Source: Phoronis australis
Taxonomy: Eukaryota > Animalia > Phoronida
Reading direction: 5' to 3'
Length of the DNA stretch: 64,000 bases
Assembly: GCA_002633005.1 (NCBI GenBank)
Contig: NMRA01000047.1
Span: 1,173,137-1,237,136 of the forward strand
The stretch's first letter is position 1. The number at the start of each line of letters is the position of its first letter. The position numbers and the translations under genes are program-made. Shown in pieces: positions 1 to 13,191 of the stretch. The notes below the pieces were generated by a model. The model was not told where the DNA came from, ran no database searches, and saw nothing but the letters and a program-made list of their open reading frames with translations.

Positions 1-1
1 A

Positions 2-68
2 TGTAAACAACCAGGCGCCGAACCTCAGGCTTCGGGTTGTCAAGGTGCGTGTATCTGATCACGTGATC
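2..68. promoter_or_regulatory. Putative ciliary-gene promoter motifs (forkhead site, X-box half site, E-box palindrome)
   Basis: TGTAAACAA at 2-10, GTTGTCAAGG at 36-45 and GATCACGTGATC at 57-68, all 130-195 bp upstream of the CFAP97D2 ATG. Confidence 0.35.
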
Positions 69-195
69 CAAATCAAAGAGCAACCTTTGTTGTGCCTAAC
101 ACCACACTCATTTATCGACTCGCCTTGACAAGACAGAAGTCAGTGGACAACGGAGCGGATTACAGTCCCAATTCATTGATTTTTTGGTGGTCAAA

Positions 196-3100
196 ATGCA
201 CAGGTCGTATCAAACAATTCTTCCAGCCCATAACAAACTTCTTCAGCAGAAGTGGGACAGAACATATTACGAAGAACACCGACGAATGGTAAGTTTTGTC
301 TTCCGACTTCGGGGGCCGATGGATCAGCTAGGCCTACCGTATAATGTCGTGTTATCGTCTTCAGGCTGCCAGGCATTTTGTGTATTGGAACGTGAGGAAC
401 TCGTTATGGTTTCATGGTCAATTGGGACACTGAACTGACTGAACGTGAGGTCAGGAATGCAACAATTTGTTTTAGCACACCTTTGATATCCTTGAAGCGG
501 GAAACGTGGCAGTGAGAAGATCTTTTGTATTCCTCGGCTGTAACTACAGAAGTAGCTAAGCAGGGCCAAGTAACATAGACATATAGGTGCTGGGGGATAG
601 AGGAGGTCCACTGTATATTTGAATGAGGAACTGTAGAGATCTTGCCAAAAAATCACCTATTTGTAAGGTTTTGTTACAAAAACTGTCTACTCCTTTTGTA
701 AGTTACTTTAAATAACAAATCTAACCCACATGGATCCCAGTTAAAAGACAATAAACAAAAACAGTTTTTGTTGACAAAGGAAGTTATTACATCCGAAAAC
801 TTCAAATTTCAGTTGATCCATTCTTGTTGTTTTATTTACCGATTTATTTCCTTCATTTCATGAAACAATAGTATCCTTGGGAGGATCTGGATCGCCTTAT
901 TTAGTTTCAGATATATTTTCTATATTAAAAGACAGATACTCAAGTATCTGTCTTTTAATTCATAAAAGTTTGAAACAGTATAAAAAGTGTCAAAATTCTG
1001 CAACCAAAGTTTCAAAAAATAATAGGTAATATTAGATACTCTTCTTTTGGTTTTACTTGTTGAAAAAATAAACCATTTGTAGAATTTGAACTCCAAAGTG
1101 AACCTTTATGCAGGGAATTAAGTTGGAAAGGAAGCCTTTCATAGGGAAACTAGTTGTGAAAGTCACCTTCTAAGTGGTACATCCTGTACCTCTTCTTCGG
1201 GAAGAAAATGTCGTCTGGGCCCGTGGACCCACACATGATTTACTTTTTGGCATCTTCAGAAATTGCGTGCTATATCAGTATCATTATCATTTTTGTTCAA
1301 GATGTACCCCACAGCAAATTAAAACCCAAACAATTAAATTAAGGTATTTACTATCTTCAGGAACTTCAGTGACCGACGAGTTCCTTTTCATTTTTAGCAT
1401 GACAATTTAATATAAACTTAGTTGGTGTCATGTGAGGTTTTTTAGATTAGGTAAGTGTGTTTTAACTGTCAATCTATGTTTCCTTTCAGGTTAAAAATGC
1501 TGTACCTGTTGTTGACACAAAAGCACCCCATACATACATGCACCTGCATTTAAAGCTGAAGAAGTTACAGGTAAGAGAAGTGTCAAATCCTTATGTAATG
1601 GTCCAGTCAAATCGGTGTCTCAAAAATCACCAGTTGGCACTAGTAATACAATGGTGCTACATTTAAAAATACATAAATTCGTGTTTTCACCTCGGTCCGT
1701 CATCACAGGAATGTCCCCATGGTGGTGACATGTTTTCTGCTCTCACTCTATCTTGTTAAAAGATGGACCTTTCATCGTGAGCGTCACATAGTGAATATAG
1801 AAACTCTAGTCAGACCGCTTCGTAATTAGAATAAAACAATTTAACTGAGGTGACAACTTTTAATATTTGCGAATGTAATGAATTGCTGTTAAGTTTTAAA
1901 GTTTCCCACTACAAGACTATCCAAAACAAGTTAAAATATATTTTGAACACTGGATATTGTTTCAGAAACCTCAAAAAGAACTTAATAAACACTTAAAATT
2001 AACATTTATGATTTATCTGGGACTGGAAATTGCCTGTCAATTCAATACTCATTTCTAATTTTGGTTGATCCAAATACAGATTATTTGTCAAGGAGTATAG
2101 TTTAAAGATTGTATATTGTTTACCACCTTTCCTCAGAGGCCCACTTATGGGTAAAATGAATTTACCTAATCTCTGGTTGATTATAAGTGATCATAGCTTG
2201 GTAGTCATTCTCAAGAAGCAATGAAAAATCCTATAAATATTTTATGTTCAGTCAAAGTATGTCCAAAGTTCGTATATAAAACTGATTGTGAACTGATAAA
2301 AGGGAAACTGTGTGAAACAATTAGTAAGGGGGTGCTTCTTCAAATTGTAACATAACATTGCAGAACAGTAAAATATTTTTTTATCAAAATTTTCAGCAAG
2401 AGTGAACAAGAAAGCAATTTTACTATTTGAAAATAGTATAGTGCGACTGTCATCATTGAATACATGATGAAACATTTTTGGCAATACAGTGAGCGTTTAA
2501 CTCTAAAAAGGGAAAAAATGATGATTTTGGCCATCATTTTTGTTCAAAGTTGAGGAAAGTGTGCTGCAGTGCTTTTATAGCCAGTAAATCTTTAGTCAAT
2601 TAGTGCAGTATATTCACCACTATGACATGAATGGAGGCATTTGTGAGCAGTGCATATTTTTTGTTGTCAAATGGATTTAACTTACTGATTGTATTGAGCG
2701 ATGCACTCCAAGGTTAGATACAGGGTAAACGTTTTATTGACAGTTGCTAAGTTGAGCGATAACTTGCTTTGTATGTCTTCTAGTTGGAAAACATGTCAAT
2801 TGAATAATTGTCGGAGGCAATGCGTTTCTAAACTATTTGCCATGGAGATTGATATGTCATGTATATTTTAACGACTTGGTATGAATCTTATCGCGTGTTT
2901 TCCCGTTTTCCACATGTATGCATTTGTACACTACTAAAGTACTCAGGTTAAAAACAATTTTTTACCTGAAGAGTATCAGATAAAATGTCTTTTCATTGGG
3001 TTTTTTATTAGAGTTGAATCATTTAAGATAAGTACATCACTTCTTATGGTCAATTTCAGAAGACTGATTATGTTAGAAATCTGTGCCAAAATTAATTACA

Positions 3101-6100
3101 AATACAACAGTGGTTATTCTCAATTTTGTCTTTCCTAAACTTATTGACAAAAGTATTTCATTTAAATCTATTTCTTTTTATCGTTTAAGGACAAATTGCA
3201 TTTTTGGTTATTTGTTTTTCAGCTTGAAGAAGAGCGCCTAGCAACAATTGAGAGAGACAACAGAATCTTATTAGAGAAGATGTCTTACATTATGCGAACC
3301 AGGGGAAGAATTGACAATAGGAACAATTATGAATACAAAAGGTGAGAACCAAACATAGCTTCACTCTAATTGTCATGAGGAATATTGTTAACTGTCCTAT
3401 TGCACAAAAACTGGCCACAGACAACAGATTGATAAATAACTAATAATAATAATAATTTTTACTGTTTTATTGGACTATCTGCGTTCCGTAGATCCAAGAC
3501 ACTCGTGAAATATTTGCGTGTGGTGAAAAATTTTCAATTGTGGAATGGAAATAGTGAATCCGTCACCAACCAATCACTTCAGTGGCTTCCATTTTACTAA
3601 GGTATACCAGAAAGATATCAAGCATACTCATTAAACACATTTTGCGTGGTCTTCCATGATTCTTGTATCTACGGAACACACCCCAGGTGCTCATTCAACA
3701 CCTCAGGGGTTCAACAACAAATGTTTGGGTTGGGTTGCATAAAATGTTAAAACTCGTACACTGCATGCTGGATGACATGGAGGTACAGAATAGTCACTTA
3801 GATGGTCCCGGATTTTGAGAACCACTTTCATGTTTGTTATTCAGTGAAGAAAACTGGTTCACCAAGATATGGGACCCGAACTATTACCTTAAGGTACATG
3901 GTCTATAACCATGTAATTGTTGTTGTCTAACGTATTGCTTTTATACAACCACTCCCTAATGTCTAACTCCTTAGGCAAAATTTATGTTGCCATATAGTCT
4001 TGTGTAAAAACATGCCTAAAACTTTTTTTAAAAACATCCAAAAACCTGATGTTTTATTTGTAAGTGTGTAATTCTGAATAGCAATTTGCCACAGAGTGTG
4101 AGCATGTTTTCTCTATTTTGTAACGTAAGACTGCTTTACGGATAGGTTCCACTTTCCATTTTTACCACTTGAATTAATTTTTTTTTCATGAATTAATGTT
4201 TTTCTCATGACTTTGGATTGCCTTAATCCAATTTCACAGGAGCGGGTAGGTGCCTGATTGCAATGAGTTTGATTTTATTTCCATTCTTGAAGTGGCCACA
4301 TATTCTTTGGACGTTTAACTGCGGTTAAACGAACTACAGGCTGACTCTTATAAACTGAGTTTTATTTCATCAATGAGTGAATTGATTATGTGCTGGACCT
4401 TGAGTAAACGGATATGAAAACCATGGTTGTTTGAAACATATAATTTATGTGTGTACATTCATCTTTGCACCCATCTGACATTATTGTACTTTCACATATT
4501 AATTCCTAATGTATCACGGTTTTGTGATTTGCCTTGAAACAAATCAATAATCCCTGTTCAACTAAACTCTGTAATTACTGAACAAAACCTTCAGAGCTAC
4601 TGTCTTTGGAAACTCATTGATTATAGATTTGACTGTTTTCCTTGTGAATAGGCTGCAAAGTAGGTTTCTTTACACCTTCTAGTTCGTTTGACTGACACAA
4701 AACTTGTTCTTAGAGCACTATATATATTTATGGAACAAAAGTTCCTTTTCAATGAAATAGACAACAGTGAATCAATTGGAACACATTAGCCATGTATGTG
4801 GAAACACCGCATTGATCTTTGCTGGTGTACGATACAGAGGCTGCCGATTTCTCATAGTCATCACTATAGGAACAAAACCCTTGCCGAGCAAGCTTAAGTT
4901 ATGGCAATCTTTTATTGAATTTTTACTGAGATCTGTTTTGTGCCAGATTCTCGGTGATATTTTTCTAAAGTCTTCATTATCTTTTGGGTGCTAAATTTTT
5001 AATTCAATATGAAAATCTATAAATCACTGCAATGATTGAGCAACAGGAAACATGTGATGTAGGACTCTTTAGCTTGTGAGAGCACAAAAGCGAGCTGTGG
5101 TTAACCAATTTCATATTCTGGTGGTCAACTCGGGCAAAATGAATGGAAGCAGAAATTAAATTCTGTCATTCACAGATGTTATCATTGTTGAACTTTTTAT
5201 GTGCATTATTTGAACATCCCACCATAAAGGAATGGAGTTTTGACAGTGGTGATAGTAAGAAATTTAAAATATGTTAAATTCTACTGTTTTGAAATCTCCA
5301 GCCCGCAAATTCCATGTGAACTGTAGTCGGCACTTCGTGTTTGCATACAATATACTTCATCGTTGTCTGGCAACGCAGCAAATTTCAACATGCGATATAA
5401 GTATCCTATAACAAGGAACTCACAATTTTTAACAAGCAAAAGTGTTCAATGTTTTCAATGCGCGTCAATCTTGATTAGCTAATAAGTATGGTATAACGCA
5501 CCACTTTAGGACGCAATATGGCGGACAGGTGACATGTTATTTTGTCATTTTTTATAAATAATGTACAGTACCTGAATAATTGTGCTTAGCCATATCAAGT
5601 TCTTTCCACAGCTAGCAACAGATTTTTTTTTTGAAAACTTGTGGGCATTCACAACAGTGAAAAAATGCAGTTTCGTCACGGAGAGTACATGAATTGAACC
5701 TACCAGTAATATAGACCAACAATCATGGACGTATTTTGACAGATGATGAAAACATTTTTTTTTCACTTGCTGCTTACATGTAACCCATTTTGTTTGTGTT
5801 TCGTTTAGCCTAAACAGAGAAAAGAGACAGCGAGAGTTGCTACGGGTAACAAAAGAAAACATTGCAATCCTGCAGCGAATAACCAATAGGAAGCCAGAAT
5901 ATGATCACCTGATCTGGCAAGAGGATTGGGAGAAAAATCTGAAATTTATGGACAGTATTTCGGCATATCCTAAACAATGGTGGAAGGTGAGTTGAGATAG
6001 ATATTTTCTGTGAAATTTTGCCCTCTTGCAGTTGTGATAAAATTTGCTTTTTTATCATCACAGTACCTACCAGTGTTTGTGTTTCCAATATTTACCAGTG

Positions 6101-8450
6101 TTTAGATGTTAACTTTGACGTGGCGCAAATTACTAGCATGGCACGAACTGATCAGTGTCACTGTTCATTCAGAAAATGTGAACAGGTGCAAGCATTTGGG
6201 AAATAGTCGGATATAACATGTCTACATTTTGAGAACCAGTTTTCTCCAATGAATAGCAGGCATCAAACTGGTTCTCAGAATGTGGGCACATTATGTCCGA
6301 CTATGGCCAGCATTTAACCAAATCTTCAATTTGTACATGTTTGTTATCACTAAGGAATTATACCTGACAGTTTTGTTCAGTTGAGTATAGACACCTAGGT
6401 CCTTGACACTTGCTTGGGTTCAGGTGACAAGTTGACACGGATCACAATGATCAGGCATCACCTTTATATTGGATGAGAAATTGACTACATACCTATTTTC
6501 GCCTTGTGAAGTTTCAGTTATGCATCATGTTGTGCCTTGTTTTTTGCGATGTGTTAAAAGTGTTGTGCAAAAGTTACGCAAAAATCAGAATGAGCTTAAA
6601 TCTCCCTATCTGTGGAGGCATGAATTTCATTTGTTCACATTTAATTATTTCACTCTAATGAATTTGTGCTAGAATAACTCCCCACCTTGTTAGAATTGAA
6701 TTTTTTGTGACTTGACTAAGGCATGTAGGATGCAGAACAGGATTTTGAGGCTGAGGATGTTTGGTTTAAACGAAATCTTTGTTTTACGACTAGCGATGCG
6801 TGTCTGCGCCACCTTGCAAAAGAGGTATTGAGGTCGAGTAGTTGTACCTTTTGTTTTCAAGAGTACATATAGTGTTTTATAGTTAGTATTAGAAGAGTGC
6901 ATGTTTCTTCATTATTCTTCATGTTGGTCTTCTAAAAGTTTTATCTACATTCTCTTGTTCCAATGGGAGACTGTTTACAATGTATGAGCCTGAGTTTTCG
7001 ATGATACAAGATTCTGATACCATTGTAACTGCGTGCATTTCTCTGATAGGTGTTTGGAGTCAGCGAGATATATATTTATATGATTACTGGTTGAATAGTG
7101 TGCGTGTGTTCTTATAGTAGGTAGAAAGAAGACCCTTGTGCTCAAGTGTGCTTAGTGATAGGGTTTCATCGATTTTCCCTTTGCATGATTTTCGTGTTAG
7201 AGTTTGCAGAGAGGGTTTCTCAGAGTTGAGTGCATTACAGTAAAATCTCATCAAATTCGGACAAATTTAATAGCCAAAATTGCCCTTTTCATATTTCAAG
7301 GGGGAGTTTTAACATTGCTGCGAATGTGCACAGTTTTTCAAAACTTCGTATGATGGTACATAGCTGTGATATGAAACTTGAACGTGGAAAGAGCATTCAA
7401 TTTGGTGCTGTGAATGTTTCATGAAAAAATGATAAAATTTCACTTGTCAACCGTATTAGATCCTAAATTGGTGAGATTTTACCATATTTGAAGTTGCTGT
7501 AATCAGGGCAATTGAAGACTTGTCACTTTTGAAACTGAATGCCTAATGTATTTTTAAAACTTGGATATTCTTGTGGGGTCTGGCATCTTGTCATGCAGGT
7601 ATGGAAAAGGATATTTGAACGAAGGCTTCTTCCTAAACTTTAAAAAAAATTGCTTGCAGTCTGGATAATGTCATTAACGATTCTTACGGCAGTTTCATTT
7701 CACTCATCTTGAATGATTTATGGTCCCCAGACAAGCAAATTACCTGCATCGCTGGTTATTAGCTCAATCAATAATTGCCTTAATACAACATGCCTTACCA
7801 ACAATTACGGTATTTGACCAATCATTGTTTTGTCTTTCTGCCTCACCGTGGCGCTTCGACTTTTTGAAGGCAGCCTCTGCCTTTGTATTTAATCCGTGTT
7901 TAATTTACTGGGACCAGCCACAAATAGAATGGTGACAGGTTGTCAGTGATTGATACATTTGTAAATACAACTTGCTGAGACAGATTTCACTGGTGACGAG
8001 TTTCTATGGTGACATAGTTACAGAGTCAAATTTTCTCAGGGACATGTTTTATTTTACTCAGAACCAGTTATTATTTTGTTGTTACTAAAGAGCCTCATTC
8101 TGGTTCTCTCTCTTGTCTGCTGATGTTATAAGTTGTGTCACATACCAAACAAAGTTATCGCTCATCATTGGTGTTTCAATTTAATATTGACACAGCCTGT
8201 AAATGACACTATACATTCTTGGGATAAATTTACAATGTCATCATCTTTTTGACAGGAAACTCCGCAATCAGCCAGAAGCAGTGCTCGATCAGAGAAGAGG
8301 GAGAGTAAATCTAGAGAACAGAAAAAAGAGGAGACTGTGGATGAGGAAGATGAACAAAAAGAGGAAACAGAAGACGAACAAACACAACAGGAAGTGAAGC
8401 AGACGGAGGAGACAGAAGACCAGGAACAAAAGGAAGTGGAAACTGCTTAA
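196..8450 (+). CDS. CFAP97D2: CFAP97 domain-containing protein (CFAP97D2-like, KIAA1430/Hemingway domain), 5 coding exons
   Basis: Exons 196-288, 1490-1570, 3223-3341, 5809-5986 and 8256-8450 all have GT-AG boundaries with consistent phases (0,0,2,0). The spliced product [122 protein letters not shown]... matches the recalled family pattern (HLHLKLKxLxLEEERLxxIERDNRxLLEK). The last exon encodes an acidic tail. Confidence 0.9.
3481..3679. mobile_element. MITE with ~19-bp terminal inverted repeats
   Basis: Ends GCGTTCCGTAGATCCAAGA and TCTTGTATCTACGGAACAC form an imperfect inverted repeat around a non-coding ~160-bp interior. Confidence 0.55.
6203..6303. mobile_element. ~100-bp palindromic MITE (family also at ~3791-3882, ~13480-13530, ~51815-51890, ~52168-52267)
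   Basis: TAGTCGGATATAA...TTTTGAGAACCAGTTT...AAACTGGTTCTCAGAA...TTATGTCCGACTA is a near-complete hairpin. The same GAGAACCAGTTT/AAACTGGTTCTC core recurs at the other sites. Confidence 0.65.
7238..7484. mobile_element. Tc1/mariner(pogo)-type MITE
   Basis: TA|CAGTAAAATCTCATCAAATTCGGA ... TCCTAAATTGGTGAGATTTTACCA|TA: imperfect TIRs starting with CAGT and flanked by TA. Confidence 0.55.
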
Positions 8451-11400
8451 AATACACCGTCTGCTTGCCAGTGGGCCTAAATTAGCCAATCCACTCTCTG
8501 TTAACTCATTTCTGTTGGTTGGTTACTGTTTTAGTGAGGCATGAATTAACTTCAATGATTACTCATTGATTTTAGCTCATGCTTCACATACTGTGGTTTA
8601 AATGTTGCTCAGAAAGTTTTTATTTGGTTAAGGGTATAGTGATCTGCAGTCCTTTATCATGCGAGAGTGTACTAAGGCTATGCAATACTGTATACTAAGA
8701 ATGTATGATTGCGGTGATTGAAGCTTTAATGATGAGTGCTAAAATAAATCAATTAGTTCTAGAGGCTCTTCAGTGAAGTAAGAAGATCTAATTCAATTGA
8801 TTAATTTTTTTGTATTCAATTCTTCAAGTGTGGTCAGCTGAAAATCACAGAATTTTTATGATGGATCTTTCCATTTATGCTATCGACATGTTGATTTCTT
8901 CCTCGCGTAGTTCTTGTTATTTGTGTCGTGATGTTGTTGTTGTTGTTGTTATTGAGAGTTTGTGATTGGTTGTCAGCTCAGAAAGTCAGAGCAGATTTGG
9001 GAGGGTAAAGTTAAGGGGAAGTATGGTTTGAAAAGATTCATTTTTCATAAAATGGGTATATAGTTGGAGCATTTCAGCGCATTCATTGTGTGTTTGAAAA
9101 TACGTCTGCTGCAGGTCCTTGGGGCTATGTTCTTGAAGTTCAGAAACTCACACCAAAATCAGTTTTGTTTTGGTCAGCACATTGGCCCACTAGATTTAGA
9201 AACAATATGGATTTATTTACTAACATCACAAATAAGCTTCGAGTACCCATGAACTCGGTGCATATTTAATGAGCTGACTTCCGTTCACTGCTTTTGTTTC
9301 ATTGTTGTTTATCACAAGAGATTCCAGTGTTTATCTTAGATAGGTTAGAGTAGAGTGTCCATGCAATTTAAGTTTATGTGCTACATTATGCTACAGTAGT
9401 ATTGAAACTGAATGAAAGTTTTTGTGAAAAGATTAGCAGTCCTCTTTAGAGACCTTTTGATAAAATGTCATGTCTTATAAACATAATCAACTGTTTTTAA
9501 CAAAATGGATGTGGTTTATGAGACTAAGGGCATTCCAGAAGTCTTTATTTGCGTAGAAGCGTTAGTTTGTGCGCACTCAAATATTTTGGAATCTTTCTAT
9601 TTGCAACAACATGTCAATATCAAAAATGATGTAAGCTGGTCCTGACATGGAGCGATTTTGTGTAATTTCCACCTGATGATAATGACGAGCATTATCTGAG
9701 GTACAATCACATATCTAGAAGTTAAGTATAAACTGCTGAGAAGTGTATTTTGCTCAAGTTCAAAAGGGTAATGTGTTATACATTGAGAACATTTTTATGG
9801 GAAATTCTACAAAGGTTTTCCTTTAGTATTTAAATACGATTGAAGCTTAATGTGAATTTTATGTAAAAATCTCATTTAAGTTTTTGTATGAATTCTTTTC
9901 ATGGTGAATGGAATTTTAAATTTTAACTTTTAAAAATATATATTTTAAATATTATTTTTACTGCTTTAATGTTTTTGGTACTGATTATATGATTTTGCAT
10001 CATACAGAACGATTGTGCATCTTTCTTGTGAAAGGATATACTGGTACTGGGTGTCACAAAAACGACCCACTTTTTGGCTTGCAGTATCTCTGATTAATGG
10101 ATCAATAACCATAAAAATTTAGCGTAAAATAACTTGATCCTGTTTCTGTTAAGATAAGAAATACCAAAGAAAACCATTGGGTAAACAATAATAACAAAAT
10201 AAACAGCCAGTTAACGGCCATGTCAGCTATTTCTACCTCAGTGAGCTGGATGTGGTGTCTCTTGTCTCTTCAGTTGGGGAGACCAGGACTGGTTGGGCCT
10301 GGGAGCATGTTCAGAAATTGGACATATCTGGCACAAAAACCAAGATACAGTGTTGGCCTGTTGGGTAACGTTTACAAATGAATATTGAAAATTGAAACAT
10401 GGATACAGTTTCTAATAACATGTTTCAATCTAAGTTGGAAAACAGTATATAAAATATAAGTTTTAGAATTCAATTTTAAATGAATCTGGGAACTGGCACA
10501 CTTACGCGTACTGTTCACGGTCATTCAGAATTCAATATAGCCGACTTCTGGAGGTACACTTTAAATTGGAAAGCAAAGGTTCAATTTCGTTACTTGATAG
10601 CAAATTTCTCGCTTCTATTTGAGATCTCACAACATGCCTTATATTTCACTAAAAATATGCCTGTATTTAGGTGGAGACGAGCGCTTCCAAATTATGCACC
10701 GTCATGAATAATACAAGGGTATGCCACGCGATATTTCTTGAATGTAGAACTGAAAAGATCAGATGCGGGCTCATTGGCTTACATGTTACTTTCTGTCGTT
10801 CAGTGGATGGTGAATATTAATCAAGGTAACTATAATTAACGCAATTAACGCGGGTAATACATTACCAATCAGGGATCTGTAACATGAAAAAAAAAAACAA
10901 TTGCGTTCCCTGGCAAGAGTGTGGCGAATCTATCGATACTTAAGTTAGACCTATCCGGCTAATTGTTCTCCATAACAATACAAACAATAATGAAATAAAA
11001 ATACGCGTCAACAATATGTCATTCGATGAAAAGGGTAATTTAATAAACTAATTTGGTTAAAAATAGAAACAAACGAGTTAACGATAGTTTTTGTCAGAAG
11101 AGACAATAAGTCTATTAATGACATCACTAGTAACACGCTCCTACACAGCTGAAACAGTTACTACCAGAATCGTTCGTTATATTACCGGTACTATAAAGGT
11201 TGTTTTCGTATGATAAAAGCGGCTCCCAAAGCCTTCATTATGCGACCAACGGCTCAATACTTTATTTATCCATCCGTCCTTCTGCCGGTCATGATGCATC
11301 CATGCTCCCGTCCATCCGTCCGTCTGTTCGTCTGTGATGCATCCATTCGCACGTCCATCCTCCATCTGTTCGTCCATCTACCTATCTTCTTTAGAACTTC

Positions 11401-12380
11401 TGTAACGTTCCTGTACAAATCTTTACTTCCCATTATGTATGTAATGCCATTTGTCCATATTTACATATTGCCTTTCTTCTTTCCATTTAATAAGTATGTA
11501 ACATCTCTACTGTTTGCATCACTGAACCCTAAAAATAAACTTTACGCCGGGACTTTGACCTTACTTTTGTCACCAACAAAACGAGTTGGTGTATTTTGAT
11601 GTTATGAAAAGATCAATATTTAACATTACGAGGTAATCCCGAGCCAAAATTGGATACTATTGCTAGTGAGTGAGTAAAATAGAGAACGAAACAGTCAAAA
11701 GATATTCTGATTGAAAGTTTGTCAGAAACTTCGTTAAGTAGTATTATTTTAAGGCATTGTCTAACTTGCAGAAGACTCGACTATTATTTTTTCATGACTG
11801 AATTAAAAACCATTTATATAGCAAAATGTTGACTTTGCGTTGAGTTTTTGTTGGCGTTAAACATCAGCGCGCAACATCAAATTTCATGATGACGGGACAG
11901 TTTAAATTTACTAGAGAAGAGAATTCTATTATTCACATAAAAAACTTATTTCATAATCCCAAGAACATAACGCTTACACGGTTGTCAAAAATAGATTTTT
12001 ATATTGATTTGTGTCTGCAGTGTTGAAATGCACGCTGGGGGTAATGGGATCTTGACAGTGGCGCGCTTTTGAGGTCAAATTATACTTTCGTTTATGAGCC
12101 TGTTAAGCTATAACAGCTGAAAAACTAATACGGTGATCCGCTATTTTTCAGTTCATTTCGTAGAAAACACGATGAGTGTCAAAATGAAACATGAGAGGAA
12201 GGGTGAAACTTTTTGTGTAGAAGCCACACTCTAAATGCCGACGTAACTGAGAAAGTCAATGAACCAGGGAAATAAATTAAAGCAGTTAAAACATGAAATT
12301 AAACCGTTTTCAAGAAGATTTCAATCATTAATTTAATTAGCAGTAACTTTTCAGAAAACCAATGTAAATTTCACATTTTT

Positions 12381-12751
12381 TGTCAGAGGTGCCTCGATCT
12401 GTTCAAGTGACAACGGAAAACTCATAATTCTGTGATTCCCAGTGTCTTACAGATTTGTAGAAGACAAAGACCATATTACAAATTTCACTTCCCCCATGAT
12501 TGCCACCGACAACTTTCATACCCCGCGACCACAACTGATCCCCGCCGGTTGACACAACCCGTTGCCACAATTTTCACATTTCCCTGGTCCCGACACTCTT
12601 GAGGGGCCCCCCGGCGGGATCCTTCTATTTTGTGAAGTGACCTAAGCCGTAACTTATTTTCTTAATCGTCCAGCACCGACCGGCTGCGTGGTCATGCAGA
12701 GAGTCAACCCGTCGAGTATCGCGAACCTCAGCCATAAAGTGAAGTTGAACA
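12381..12751 (-). ncRNA. Candidate structured non-coding RNA (family not recognised)
   Basis: Six nested complementary segment pairs over ~370 nt. Several form G-U pairs only on the minus strand. No convincing ORF; lies divergent from the ANAPC10 5' region. No known Rfam family signature was recognised by eye. Confidence 0.35.
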
Positions 12752-13053
12752 CTAAAAAGGTTTAATTTTCCGACAAATATGCTGTGGGACGTTTCTTTCC
12801 ATTCTGAAACGACATTCACGCACATCACGAAACATATTAAATTATTGTTTGGTGAATAAGATCGTCCATAGCTGAAAAAAGATTGGTTAGAAATTACCTA
12901 ATTTTATTAACGTGTAATTTGATTTAGTGCTGTGTAAATTTTTATCCACCTGAACGTGATTATTTGAGTGAAACTATAGTCAAGTTTCCTGATGTATTCC
13001 AACTAACTCACGCACAGCAGGCTCAGAACGTCTTTGAGTTTATTCTGTATACG

Positions 13054-13191
13054 TCCACTAGATGGCACTTGCTTTTACAGGTGGCGCAACAGTCGCAACC
13101 GCGAATATTTCGTAAAGTGTCTTTTTTCAGGTTACAGCACTTGCACTGAAATATTGACAAAAATAGACTTGCTTATTTTGTCACATTAGGT
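13054..13191 (+). promoter_or_regulatory. Putative ANAPC10 promoter and non-coding first exon
   Basis: Strong donor AG|GTAAGT at 13190. The ANAPC10 ATG (15845) directly follows an acceptor (TTTCCATAG), so an upstream UTR exon is required. A CTCF-like CCACTAGATGGCAC lies at ~13055-13068. Confidence 0.5.

Noticed and set aside
11177-11599. ORFs of 66-129 aa
   Set aside because: They overlap a degenerate (CATC/CGTC)n microsatellite with low-complexity translation.
12625-12828. Short minus-strand ORF over the structured island
   Set aside because: Only 36 codons from the first ATG, no recognisable family and no downstream exons found; telomerase RNA, RNase P/MRP, 7SK and U12 identities were also considered and lack their signature motifs.
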